A DNA stretch of 64,000 nt from Candidatus Obscuribacteraceae bacterium. Its GTDB lineage: Bacteria; Cyanobacteriota; Vampirovibrionia; Obscuribacterales; Obscuribacteraceae. The notes beneath the pieces are model-generated. The model worked only from the letters and a program-made list of their open reading frames with translations. It did not search any database and was not told where the DNA came from. A program made the position numbers and the translations under genes. The DNA lies in assembly GCA_044226015.1 (NCBI GenBank), contig JBGAHS010000006.1:448001-512000 (forward strand), given 5' to 3'. The number at the start of each line of letters is the position of its first letter. The stretch's first letter is position 1. Positions 1-9,510 of this stretch are shown here, piece after piece.

Positions 1-643
1 CACTGCCCAAGCGTCCCAGAGTCGGACAAGCTGAGGAGTTTCGCACCACAGTGTAAGTGACCTTGTTAGCGCCAGCATCATATGAACGCTTAGCCACAAC
101 AGATCGGGTGGTTCCTGTCATTGAGTCAGAAATGTCGACCACCATTGCGATGTCGCCCTCAAGTCCTTCATAACCTGCAAGAGAATGAGTGTGGATAGGC
201 GCGGTACCAAGTCCAAGATATTTTCCAAAAGCAGGCTCTAAGCCGAAAGCTGCTTTTGCAGTGACTCTACCTGTGGTTTCATCAACCAGTAAGTCAAAGG
301 TGCCTGTTCCGACATCTGGACTGTCTGTGTCAACGCTAGTTGAGTATTCAGAGTGATCAAGAAAGGTACTCATCACCATATTTTTCTTGAAAAAACTAAG
401 CGCTATTTCTTTGGCTTTGGACATATTACTAGCTGTTGAACCAGAACTGTTTGCTAAGAAACTGGCAGCGCCTAAAGATGCTGCATCTGTTGCTGCTTTG
501 AGCTGTTTGGTAGCCATCTGCAAGCGAGACATCTCAAAGGCAAACAAACCAAGTGGAAGCAAGATCATATTGGCGCCAATAAGCAGCACGATCATGGTGG
601 TGCCAGCAACTCGCCGTTTATTTCGATAGAACTTTCTTAGCAT
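1..643 (-). CDS. TadG-like pseudopilin/Tad-domain protein, probably with a vWA domain (runs off the window start)
   Basis: Manual translation from ATG 643: MLRKFYRNKRRVAG-TTMIVLLIGANMILLPLGLFAFEMSRLQMATKQLKAATDAASLGAAS (basic leader, G, hydrophobic helix, 'QL..A.DAA.L.AA' Tad motif). Later 'GDIAMVVDISDSM' resembles a vWA DxSxS motif. Not in the ORF track because it has no stop in the window. Confidence 0.75.
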   Translation of the reverse strand, partial: MLRKFYRNKRRVAGTTMIVLLIGANMILLPLGLFAFEMSRLQMATKQLKAATDAASLGAASFLANSSGSTASNMSKAKEIALSFFKKNMVMSTFLDHSEYSTSVDTDSPDVGTGTFDLLVDETTGRVTAKAAFGLEPAFGKYLGLGTAPIHTHSLAGYEGLEGDIAMVVDISDSMTGTTRSVVAKRSYDAGANKVTYTVVRNSSACPTLGRLGS

Positions 644-656
644 ATTCGCCTTTGCC

Positions 657-1208
657 TCACTTGGCTAAACCAGCAGGATGTTCTGAGAATTGACGATAGG
701 TTGCGGTCACAGGAAAAGGTACCGTTAGACCAGGTACGTTACCGAACAGTGTGGGAGTGAGAGTGACTAAAGGCTCAACGGTGCCTGAAACCTGGACCTC
801 CACCTGGTAAATATAGTCTTTGGTGGATACTGCAGTCAGGGGTGAATCAGTACGCAAAGGGGGTTTTCCAACTTTGGTAGGGTTTCCGATGATGAAAACG
901 GCGACATCATTTGCACTGAAATCAACCCCAGCCAGACCATTTTCTTTCGTTGCTACGGCATCACGTTTCGCGATGTTTATCGCCGACAACTCACCCTTAT
1001 CTCCGTTCTCCTTAAAGGTTTTAGCTCTGGCTGCACTATGAACGGCGTTGTGACAGGCTGAATGAATAAAACTGGTTCTGAAAGCAATAGTTGCAAGATC
1101 TATAAGAGGCAACAACAAAATCAAGAAGAGGATAAAAATAGCTACCGGCAACTCGGCAATGCTTGACGCTCGTGCCTTCCTACCGCGCAGCTTGTGACTT
1201 GCGTGCAT
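657..1208 (-). CDS. TadE-like pseudopilin
   Basis: Basic leader 'KLRGRKARASSIAELP' then a hydrophobic helix and 'ACHNAVHSAAR'. Start moved to ATG 1208 (track ORF 657-1355). Directly upstream of the TadG-like gene. Confidence 0.65.
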   Translation of the reverse strand: MHASHKLRGRKARASSIAELPVAIFILFLILLLPLIDLATIAFRTSFIHSACHNAVHSAARAKTFKENGDKGELSAINIAKRDAVATKENGLAGVDFSANDVAVFIIGNPTKVGKPPLRTDSPLTAVSTKDYIYQVEVQVSGTVEPLVTLTPTLFGNVPGLTVPFPVTATYRQFSEHPAGLAK

Positions 1209-1417
1209 CGTACTCCACCCAGAGCGCCGCATGGTCACAGCGCACATACCCACCCGTATGGAATGTACCCGATGGGCTACGTCCAGTATCGGCTCAAGCA
1301 TCAATTTAACGTTCGGAAATAGCTCGACAAGGTGTAGAGAATCGAGGACAGCCAAAGTGCTAAACTCACAGGACTAGCAAGTCTATTCGGCTAGTATCAT
1401 CGGCAATTGGTAATTTC

Positions 1418-4400
1418 ATGGCAGACATTTTATGGTCTATTAGGGCAACTGACCTGGGCGAGTTTATCAGATACAAGTCGTGCGAAAGGCGCTTTAGACT
1501 TGCTTACAACAATCGGGCGTTGGCCAGACAATTGCCTTATGCGGCAAGACTCTTTGCGGGACTCGACCCTGTTCTCCAAGCGCATGGTAAAAAACGCGAG
1601 GCTGAGTGGGAGCATTATCTGCAAAAATTGGGACTGGAGAATCTAATCCAAACCCAAAACGCAGAGACAGAAGCAGCGAAAAGCGTTCAGTGGGATGATT
1701 TTCTCGACATGCTTTCCAGGCTCGGGCGCGATAAGAATGCTTACGTAAGAGAACTTTCGGTCAAGGGCAGCTTCGGTTCTTTTCATGTCGAGGGAAGAAT
1801 TGATTTTGCAATTATCTTATGGCGCAACGGAAAGCCTAAACTGCGCCTGGTTGAATGCAAGGCAAGCAGAAGAGACCAGACTTACCATCGCGCGCAGCTC
1901 TCAATTTACAAACTCATGGTATCGCAGTTAGTAGCAAACACCGGACGTGTTCCTGTTGGTCGCTTCGATTTCGGTCAAAACGATATCGAGTGTGTCGTAG
2001 CACGAATTGACGAAGAGACAAACAAAAACCAGGCCTTTTTGGAACTTCCATCGTTCGATCTCAGCATGATGGAAGAAGACGTGTTGCTGATGCTAGCTCC
2101 GGATGGAGCACTTTCCACGATTCTTGAAAAGGAGTTGGCAGCGCTAGATTATCAATTTGAAGCAAAATGTGACGATTGTGTATTCAACATTCATTGCTTG
2201 CCTGAAAGTGCCAGAGAAAGAAAATTGCAGTTGCTTGCTTGCGACCCTGCAACTACCCGCAGTATCGAAGAAGAAGGCATTAAGACCCTGGATGAGCTTG
2301 CAAAACTCGACCTGAATAGCCAGCAAGCGGACAATATTAATAAGTCAGCCAATTTTAGCGGCAGCTTACAGTTTTTGCAGTCAAAAGCTCGCGCGAGACT
2401 AAGTAGCCTACCATCAAATACTGAAGCAGCGGAACCCGTTCATTTTTTGTCATATCGTGTTTTCAGCCAGCTGCCAGAGCACGATTGCATGGGTCAGAGC
2501 TTGATTCGCATCTATATTTGCGTTGATTATGATTACAGTGAGAATCGCATTGCTGCAATCACCGCTCATGTGACAAATAGCGGCGGATTTTTGCATACGC
2601 CCTGGAATGATGACACTCCCATTGCCGATGTAATCGAGAGAGTTGGGATTAGCACAGAAGACGAGCTAGCATCTTGCAATATCGAATGGAAAGACTCTGA
2701 ACTTAACGGCATCGATATCAGTGCTCACATTGAGAAAGAATGGACAGGAGTCTATGCCTGGGACACGGCGTCTGAGAAAGAGATGCTAGAGCAGTTTTTC
2801 CAGGGTCTCGTAGAAGCAATCGTAAAGGTGAATAAGGGCAAAGCTCATGCTCCGATACATTTCTATGTCTGGGGTAGAAACGAAATCAGTCGTCTGGTAG
2901 AAGCGTGTTCTCGGTCCAGCTCCGAATTATTAGGACACCTGCAGCAACTATTTGGTTGCAGAGAGTCGCTTGAGCAACTCATTTATTCGTGCCTGCAAGA
3001 TGAAGTAAACAATCGGTTTGGGCTAGCCTGGACTGGACGAGGACTACTGGTAGCAAGCTCTCTCGATTGGTATGGATGGAAGTTCCATTGGAAGCGCACC
3101 GTCAATGGTGAGCGAGTAGCACTTGATGAGAAATTCAGACAGGACATGTTTGACTTCACAGAAGAACTCAATTTTGCGCAAGGACAGTGGCTAAACGATG
3201 CTGATGTCGCTGCTGATAAGCACAGATTCGAATTGAGAAGCCAATTCAAAGACTCCCTTCCGATGGGCTATCTACATGCATATTGGGGTTCACTTGCAAA
3301 TCTGGAATCCAACACCAGCAAGACTGCAAGATCGGTAATCGAGAATTATCGCGGCGCTGAGTCTCCCGAATTACTTACAGAGTTTCTGATAGCGCGCGTC
3401 CACGCATTGAGGTGGATTGAGGAACGCATCGATAAAAAGAGCTCTGCATTGCAGAAGCCTCCAATGTTTCTCAAAGACTTGCCCAAATTCTCGCTAGGCA
3501 TTGACCATCCAGCGAAGGCTTCGATTGATTTTCTTCGTCTCGATTTTCACATCAAATTTACAGACTGGCTTGCAGAACACCTGCATGCACCTGTTGAAAG
3601 AGTGAGCTCTGGACGAACAATACCGGTGAGAGATGTTCGCGCGAAAAATGGTAAGTTATTTGCGAAAATTGATCTTGAAGGTTATGGAATAAGCACTGAA
3701 GACTTGTCTGCGCGCTCAAGCATTGAGACAGGTTCGTTTATCAGACTGAGCCCCTGCGAAGCTGACCCAGCCACATCTCAAAGCCTATTGCAATTCGGAC
3801 GACAGGGCGTTACAGCAATAATTGAAAGCCTCGACTGGAAAACCCAAGTTGTAGAGATGAGTCCGTTCAGCATGCAAGGCGATCGATATCGCCTTCCGAG
3901 CAGGCAAATAGATAGATATTCGGATTCCTTGATTTTCAAGTATGCAACTATCGATGAAAGTCCTTCCGACTTTGTTTCCACGCGAGTCGAACAGCGCCTG
4001 CTTTCAAAAATCGGACGACACGCTTACGATTGGTTTGATCGAACGAAGCCACAGATTCCTCATGCAGAGCAACTCACGGACATAGAACTTCAGAGTCTAA
4101 AAAAAATGGTTCGGCACTTCAAGCCGACCGGTACGAGTGAACTAGCAGTAGATCAAGCTAATGCTATTTTGATTGGCTTGAACTCAACTGTTCAACTATT
4201 GCAAGGTCCACCCGGAACAGGAAAAACCACAACAACGGCTGCTGCAATTCTAGCGAGAGTACTTGCAAAAAAACAAAAAACGACGGTGGTGGTTTCTGCA
4301 ACCACCCATACTGCAATTGACACCCTGCTTCAACGAATCGCTGATATTGAATCTCCGATGCGAACAGAGGCTGCTGAAAATGGCTTCGAACTTAAACAAC

Positions 4401-5632
4401 TAAAGATAGTTAAAGTCGGCTCAGAATCAGAAACTAATGAGCCTGGAAATGTCATCAACAGTGCAAAAGCAGATAAAAGTACCTGGCAAAAATTGTCTCT
4501 GCTGCAAAAAGACTCGATTCTAATCTTAGGGGGAACCGTCGGTTCATTGCTTAAGATGGGCTTAGACCCAGAGTTCAGGGCAGACCTGCTGATTATAGAT
4601 GAAGCAAGCATGATGGTGTTTCCACATTTTCTTTCTCTTGCCACACTTGTGCGGGCATCAGGAAAAATCATGCTCGCAGGCGACCATAGACAGTTATCTC
4701 CCATACTTGCTCATGATTGGGAACGAGAAGATCGCCCACCCTCTGTTATCTATCAGCCTTACGTGAGTGCTTACAGTGCCATCAAAGACATTGCAGAAGT
4801 AACAGACAGAGAACAAGTCACTACATCAGCATTACAAATGACATTTCGTCTGCCAGACGAGATTCGTTTGCTTATTGCCCGACTCTACAAACTTGACGAG
4901 GTCGAATTGCATGGCACTACGGGTAGTTCACTAACAAGCAAGCGTTTGTCACAAAACAAAGGGGGCGGGGCAGCTCAAGGAGTGCGGGCTGCTGAGCAAG
5001 CAACTGAGCACGCAACTGAGCAAGCAACTGCAAGAGAAACAAGAGCCACTCTCATTGGCTCGAACCTGATAGAACTCACTTCAGACCAAGAATTCTTCCA
5101 AACAGTCTGGCAGAAAGAAACTGGACTCTACTTGCTTTCTCACACAGAAAGAGAGTCAAAGCAAAGCAACGAGCTAGAAATAAAGTTGATTGAAGAGTTG
5201 TTACGCTCCGCAAATCTGCCACCGGCATCAGTGGCGATAGTGACTCCTCACAGAGCGCAAAGAGCAATGCTGCAGACTCGACTATCAAAATTTTCTAGCA
5301 CTGTAGATTTGATTGATACTGTAGAAAGATTGCAGGGTGGTGAACGACCCAACATCATTTTCTCAGCGACCGTCAGCGACCAGGCAGCAATAGCTGATAA
5401 CGTGGAGTTCATTTTGAATCTGAATCGTTCAAATGTTGCCTTCTCGCGCGCAAAACAAAGACTGATTGTTTTGTGCTCTCAAACACTGATGAATTTTGTG
5501 CCTTCCGTTCTCGAACAATACGAGGAAACCCTTCTCTGGAAATCACTCAGACAGGTATGCTCAAAACTAGTTGGCAGCACAAGAATTGCCGGACACCGGA
5601 TAGATTTATTAAAACCGCAAGACTTTTGCTAG
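1418..5632 (+). CDS. PD-(D/E)XK nuclease plus SF1B (Upf1/Dna2-like) helicase fusion, 1404 aa
   Basis: N-terminus: C(ERR), 'GRIDF', 'VECKAS', 'QLSIY', 'CDDCVFNIHC'. C-terminus: 'QGPPGTGKT', 'IIDEAS', 'GDHRQLSP', 'VTPHRAQ', 'TVERLQGGE', 'NRSNVAFSRAK'. Confidence 0.88.
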   Translation: MADILWSIRATDLGEFIRYKSCERRFRLAYNNRALARQLPYAARLFAGLDPVLQAHGKKREAEWEHYLQKLGLENLIQTQNAETEAAKSVQWDDFLDMLSRLGRDKNAYVRELSVKGSFGSFHVEGRIDFAIILWRNGKPKLRLVECKASRRDQTYHRAQLSIYKLMVSQLVANTGRVPVGRFDFGQNDIECVVARIDEETNKNQAFLELPSFDLSMMEEDVLLMLAPDGALSTILEKELAALDYQFEAKCDDCVFNIHCLPESARERKLQLLACDPATTRSIEEEGIKTLDELAKLDLNSQQADNINKSANFSGSLQFLQSKARARLSSLPSNTEAAEPVHFLSYRVFSQLPEHDCMGQSLIRIYICVDYDYSENRIAAITAHVTNSGGFLHTPWNDDTPIADVIERVGISTEDELASCNIEWKDSELNGIDISAHIEKEWTGVYAWDTASEKEMLEQFFQGLVEAIVKVNKGKAHAPIHFYVWGRNEISRLVEACSRSSSELLGHLQQLFGCRESLEQLIYSCLQDEVNNRFGLAWTGRGLLVASSLDWYGWKFHWKRTVNGERVALDEKFRQDMFDFTEELNFAQGQWLNDADVAADKHRFELRSQFKDSLPMGYLHAYWGSLANLESNTSKTARSVIENYRGAESPELLTEFLIARVHALRWIEERIDKKSSALQKPPMFLKDLPKFSLGIDHPAKASIDFLRLDFHIKFTDWLAEHLHAPVERVSSGRTIPVRDVRAKNGKLFAKIDLEGYGISTEDLSARSSIETGSFIRLSPCEADPATSQSLLQFGRQGVTAIIESLDWKTQVVEMSPFSMQGDRYRLPSRQIDRYSDSLIFKYATIDESPSDFVSTRVEQRLLSKIGRHAYDWFDRTKPQIPHAEQLTDIELQSLKKMVRHFKPTGTSELAVDQANAILIGLNSTVQLLQGPPGTGKTTTTAAAILARVLAKKQKTTVVVSATTHTAIDTLLQRIADIESPMRTEAAENGFELKQLKIVKVGSESETNEPGNVINSAKADKSTWQKLSLLQKDSILILGGTVGSLLKMGLDPEFRADLLIIDEASMMVFPHFLSLATLVRASGKIMLAGDHRQLSPILAHDWEREDRPPSVIYQPYVSAYSAIKDIAEVTDREQVTTSALQMTFRLPDEIRLLIARLYKLDEVELHGTTGSSLTSKRLSQNKGGGAAQGVRAAEQATEHATEQATARETRATLIGSNLIELTSDQEFFQTVWQKETGLYLLSHTERESKQSNELEIKLIEELLRSANLPPASVAIVTPHRAQRAMLQTRLSKFSSTVDLIDTVERLQGGERPNIIFSATVSDQAAIADNVEFILNLNRSNVAFSRAKQRLIVLCSQTLMNFVPSVLEQYEETLLWKSLRQVCSKLVGSTRIAGHRIDLLKPQDFC
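4993..5030 (+). repeat. In-frame 12-nt tandem repeat x3 (GAGCAMGCAACT; EQAT-EHAT-EQAT)
   Basis: Directly visible in the sequence; lies in a linker within the helicase domain. Confidence 0.8.
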
Positions 5633-5695
5633 AATTCCTCTAATTTGTAGTTGAAATAAGTAGCGATACTTCAAAGGCATCCTGGGGGGAAAAAT

Positions 5696-6694
5696 ATGAG
5701 CTTCGGTTATAAGAGATCAATTATGAGTTTACTGGCGATTGGCTTACCTTTCGCGCTGACAGCATGCTCTAACTCTGAAGACCTCCAGGTGAAGATTAGA
5801 ACGCTTGAATCGGAAAATGCAGCTCTCAAATCCGAGATTGCAATTATGAAAGAGACCTATGCCAATGCTAAGACGGCGGAACTGAAAGCTGCTTTCAAAG
5901 GTCTGGAGAATGCACCTGCCAAGTCGGCCGCAAGCGGCACAGAGCCGTCGGATTCGGCGAAAGCTACTAGCAATAGTCAAACTGACGCCCCGACACAAAA
6001 TTCGGCAAGTGGCTCGCAAGAAGCGAATTCAGGTTCAAGCGAAAGTTCGAAGTCGTTTACGGACCTTGACGATACTCCCACAAAAGACATGATTTCTGAC
6101 CTGGCAAAACTCCACGTTTTCGATCAGCTCGGTTCAAAGTTTGAACCAAATAAGCCTATCACTCGTGCGGAATATGCCGAGTGGCTGTTCAAAGCGTACA
6201 ATGCGCTTGAGCCTGAATCAAAGCAAATTCGATTTGCTCCCCAAGAGAAACAAATTTTCAAAGACACACCAGAGACAACACCGCAATACAAGTACATTCA
6301 GGCACTTGCCAATGCAGGTTTCTCAATTGGTTATGACGATGGCACCTTCCGACCAGATAAGCCAATGACCAGAGAAGAGATGCTTGGAATTAAAATAGGA
6401 ATAGACGTGGGCAAAACGCTTCCCCCCTGGCGCAGTCAGATGGAGGCTGTATGGAAATTCAGTGACGGCAAGAGCGTAGACGAACGCTTCACAGGCTATG
6501 TTCACCAAGATTTCTATGTTTCGGGCAAACATGGTTCGAACATTCAGCGAGCCTTTGGCAAGATTGGAACTTTTAAGCCAAAACAGAGCGTACTGAGATA
6601 CGAAGCTGCTGCAACTTTATGGCAGATGGGGCAGTTTGGAGAAACACAAAACACAAACGTAGCAGCTGTTTTGCAGAGCCAAAAGCACATCTAG
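5696..6694 (+). CDS. S-layer homology (SLH) domain lipoprotein
   Basis: Lipobox-like 'ALTAC'; SLH motifs 'FEPNKPITRAE' and 'GYDDGTFRPDKPMTREE'; GGGGGA RBS upstream. Confidence 0.85.
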   Translation: MSFGYKRSIMSLLAIGLPFALTACSNSEDLQVKIRTLESENAALKSEIAIMKETYANAKTAELKAAFKGLENAPAKSAASGTEPSDSAKATSNSQTDAPTQNSASGSQEANSGSSESSKSFTDLDDTPTKDMISDLAKLHVFDQLGSKFEPNKPITRAEYAEWLFKAYNALEPESKQIRFAPQEKQIFKDTPETTPQYKYIQALANAGFSIGYDDGTFRPDKPMTREEMLGIKIGIDVGKTLPPWRSQMEAVWKFSDGKSVDERFTGYVHQDFYVSGKHGSNIQRAFGKIGTFKPKQSVLRYEAAATLWQMGQFGETQNTNVAAVLQSQKHI

Positions 6695-6840
6695 TTGACG
6701 ACGCCATGACGGCAGATATTATGTCTTTGCCGTGAACCTCCGCTGATTAGTGAGTTCACTATGCAAAGGCTCCTTAGCAAAATCAAGCTTGAGCAAAACT
6801 GATTTGATACCATAGTATTTTGTATCAAACAGTGAGGCTA

Positions 6841-8097
6841 ATGGTGAGAAAATTAAGCGCGGCTTGCTTCTACATGCTCACTATTTTTGCTGCGTACCAA
6901 ACGTCTGGCTTGTGTGTCAGTGGAGAACCGACGTCCAATCAAACCAAGCTAGCGCCTACAAAACCGAAAATCACAAGAGAGAACCCAGAAATTGCAGCGG
7001 AAAGCTCTGCTCCAGCCACCAGTCCTGCATCCAGTTCCGCAAGAACCACCTCCCAAACGGCTCCAACTGCAAAATCCACCTCTGCAAAAGCCTCTAACGC
7101 CAGACCAAAAGCTGCGTCCGCAAATTCAAAGGCAGCTCTTGCAAAACCAGCGTCAACAAAATCTTCGGCAGAAAAATCGAAAACAGCGAAACCTCATACA
7201 CCTGAGCCGGATGAATTTGAACTGGCAAAAATTGACCTTGTCGACACAGCAGATAGCACAGAACTTAAAAAGACTCTGGCAAGCAAAATAAGATTTTGCG
7301 ATGAATTGATTCTAGGTTCGGCTGTTGAACACATGGTGGCACCCTGGTCTCGCGAGGACAAGCGTATTGCAAGCGAAACCCTAGAAAAGGCTTGCACTCT
7401 GGCACCAGGTTTGATGAAACGTGCACTCCGGTATGGACCGATTACTGTTTATCGAGCCGGCGAATCTACGGATCGGTTTGCCCAAGCATACCCACCATAC
7501 ATAGACAGCCCAAATACAGAGTTAGTTCTAGCAAGCAAGTTTTTCGAAGAGCCTGACCCCGGCATCTATGCTTTTGCGAAAATCTATCCGCGCAGACTAT
7601 GGACCTGCATTCATGAACTCAGTCACCTTGCCGATGCAGCGCATAAAGTATCTGGATCTCCTGAGTGGCTAAAAATACTTCCGAAGTTGTTGGCAGCTCA
7701 ACGAAGAGCATACAAAATGGGCGAGATTGCCGCGTATGTCTGCTGGAGCATGGGCGTTCCAAGCAAATATACAGGCACGAATGAAAGAGAAGCCCTGGCT
7801 GAATATACAACTGCACTTGTTCTAATCAAAGGAAAAACAAACATAGATGCAGATGTAGATACATACATCAAGAAAAATATTCTTTCCTCCCCGAATGGCA
7901 CCGATGGCTCCGTACCACTGGCGTTTGATGCATACAATTTCTTTGCCAGAAAAAACGCAAGTATTGAGGACTTGCAGAAAGCAATTGATCTTTTTAGCAA
8001 AGCTCTCGCAATAGATCCTCAATATCTACACGCGCAATATGGACGGCAGCTGGCAGAAATGCGTCTTGAAGCTTTGAAGAAAAGCCAAACGAAGTAA
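6841..8097 (+). CDS. Exported protein with a putative zinc metallopeptidase motif and a C-terminal TPR
   Basis: N-terminal hydrophobic stretch, Ala/Ser/Lys-rich linker, 'IHELSHLAD' (HExxH), downstream 'TNEREALAE', TPR-like 'AIDLFSKALAIDPQY'. Start uncertain (6820/6841/6874). Confidence 0.6.
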   Translation: MVRKLSAACFYMLTIFAAYQTSGLCVSGEPTSNQTKLAPTKPKITRENPEIAAESSAPATSPASSSARTTSQTAPTAKSTSAKASNARPKAASANSKAALAKPASTKSSAEKSKTAKPHTPEPDEFELAKIDLVDTADSTELKKTLASKIRFCDELILGSAVEHMVAPWSREDKRIASETLEKACTLAPGLMKRALRYGPITVYRAGESTDRFAQAYPPYIDSPNTELVLASKFFEEPDPGIYAFAKIYPRRLWTCIHELSHLADAAHKVSGSPEWLKILPKLLAAQRRAYKMGEIAAYVCWSMGVPSKYTGTNEREALAEYTTALVLIKGKTNIDADVDTYIKKNILSSPNGTDGSVPLAFDAYNFFARKNASIEDLQKAIDLFSKALAIDPQYLHAQYGRQLAEMRLEALKKSQTK

Positions 8098-8114
8098 ATA
8101 AGTCCAGAGTAAAT

Positions 8115-9311
8115 CTAATCAGTTTTCCAGCCTAACTCACGCAACGCTTCATCAAATGAGCATCGCATCTTTTGCGTGTAGGCTAAAGCTGTGAGCGCCT
8201 TCTCTTCGTCGATGTATCCTTCGCGCAGAAGGAACTGACAGCGCAAACCGTTATGAAGCGTAGTTTCCTCGATCTGTCCAGTAGCGACAAGAATTTTTCC
8301 GAGAAGCGAAGTATTCGACATCGTCAACTGCATGGCCTCTTCGATGTCACCCTGATTCAAGACTCCAGCGCGCTTAAACAACTCCCCAAGTCGCAATGTT
8401 TCAGCATGATTTGTGGTTGGGTTCAGACCGAGTTCGGAGACCGCTTGCGGAAGCTCTTTCCCATTCACTACAACCTGCTTCAATAATTCACCAGCAGCAA
8501 CGGGTGGAACGCCGCCTCTGCCAACCATTTCCTGAATCGTAAGCGCCGTCTCGATTGCTTTTTGACTCAACAATTTCTTGTCAATCAAAATTTGCCCCAT
8601 AGGCTTATCAGTTAGCAAACAAGATTCAAGGGCATTCAAAAGGTCTTGCTCATTTATCAAACCTGACATCACAAGAATGTCGCCGAGCTTGATTTTACGC
8701 GATCCTTCCTCATAGTGAATGCCTTGCTCCATCAGCGATCGTTCAATGCTTATTTGGCGCTTGTGCGCAGCGTTCAGTCCTGCAACAGCTTGTTTGCGAT
8801 CGATGCGCTTGTCACGAATCAAAACTTGAGCATTCAAAGCTGACCAGAGAATTGAATGCGTAACAAAATTATTCACTATGAGAACACGACCCAATGGCAT
8901 CTGCGTCTTCACAGCAATACTCAAGCACTCTCTCAATTGCTCCTTACTGATGACGCAAGCTTCCATAAGCAAATCGCCCAGTTTGGTGAACACCGTATCT
9001 TCTTTTGGAGTCCATCCACATTTTGCAAGAGCAGCCCCGGCACTGAGCCCCTCTGTTTTCACCAGACTGAGAGCAGCTTTGATAGTTTCTACATCGACTA
9101 ATTTATCTCTGTGTAATGATTGCATCTCCACAGCAGCTACAAGAACTGGTGTGCTGAGAGTTCCTAACATAACAAGAGCTTTTCCTAGCGGCATTGACAG
9201 CGCAGAGCCAATCTCCATAGCTTGTGCCATCTGCTCATCGGTCACCAAACCGGCAATCATCAACAAAGAGCCAAGGCGAGCACCGCTTTTTTCTTCCTCA
9301 GTCTTTCCCAT
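8115..9311 (-). CDS. MshEN-like repeat protein (putative c-di-GMP receptor)
   Basis: Eight (R/K/P/L)(L/M)GxxL... motifs in four pairs, e.g. 'RLGSLLMIAGLVTDEQMAQAM', 'KLGDILVMSGLINEQDLLNAL', 'RLGELFKRAGVLNQGDIEEAM'. Confidence 0.75.
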   Translation of the reverse strand: MGKTEEEKSGARLGSLLMIAGLVTDEQMAQAMEIGSALSMPLGKALVMLGTLSTPVLVAAVEMQSLHRDKLVDVETIKAALSLVKTEGLSAGAALAKCGWTPKEDTVFTKLGDLLMEACVISKEQLRECLSIAVKTQMPLGRVLIVNNFVTHSILWSALNAQVLIRDKRIDRKQAVAGLNAAHKRQISIERSLMEQGIHYEEGSRKIKLGDILVMSGLINEQDLLNALESCLLTDKPMGQILIDKKLLSQKAIETALTIQEMVGRGGVPPVAAGELLKQVVVNGKELPQAVSELGLNPTTNHAETLRLGELFKRAGVLNQGDIEEAMQLTMSNTSLLGKILVATGQIEETTLHNGLRCQFLLREGYIDEEKALTALAYTQKMRCSFDEALRELGWKTD

Positions 9312-9474
9312 CCTGCAAATCCCGGTTATCCGAAACACTCATCTGATTTTAACGCGAACGATAAGTAAAATCCTTCAAACTACGCCAACACTCTGTAAAA
9401 CAGTACTTAATATATGGTCATTGCAGTCGTCAAGCCCCTTTTCATTTAGATACTTAAGACCAGACGACGCATTT

Positions 9475-9510
9475 TTCGCAGCTAAGCGCCTTGCACCGTA
9501 TAATACCCGC
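9475..9510 (+). promoter_or_regulatory. Sigma70-type promoter, probably giving a leaderless argS mRNA
   Basis: TATAAT at 9499-9504, 6 nt before ATG 9511; TTCGCA 18 nt upstream; no Shine-Dalgarno sequence. Confidence 0.6.

Noticed and set aside
4993..5030. Phase-variation tract in the helicase
   Set aside because: The 12-nt unit preserves frame, so copy-number change would only alter linker length.
8878..9510. N-terminal 211-aa extension of ArgRS in the ORF track
   Set aside because: Mostly antisense to the MshEN-repeat gene; ArgRS similarity and a -10 box point to ATG 9511.
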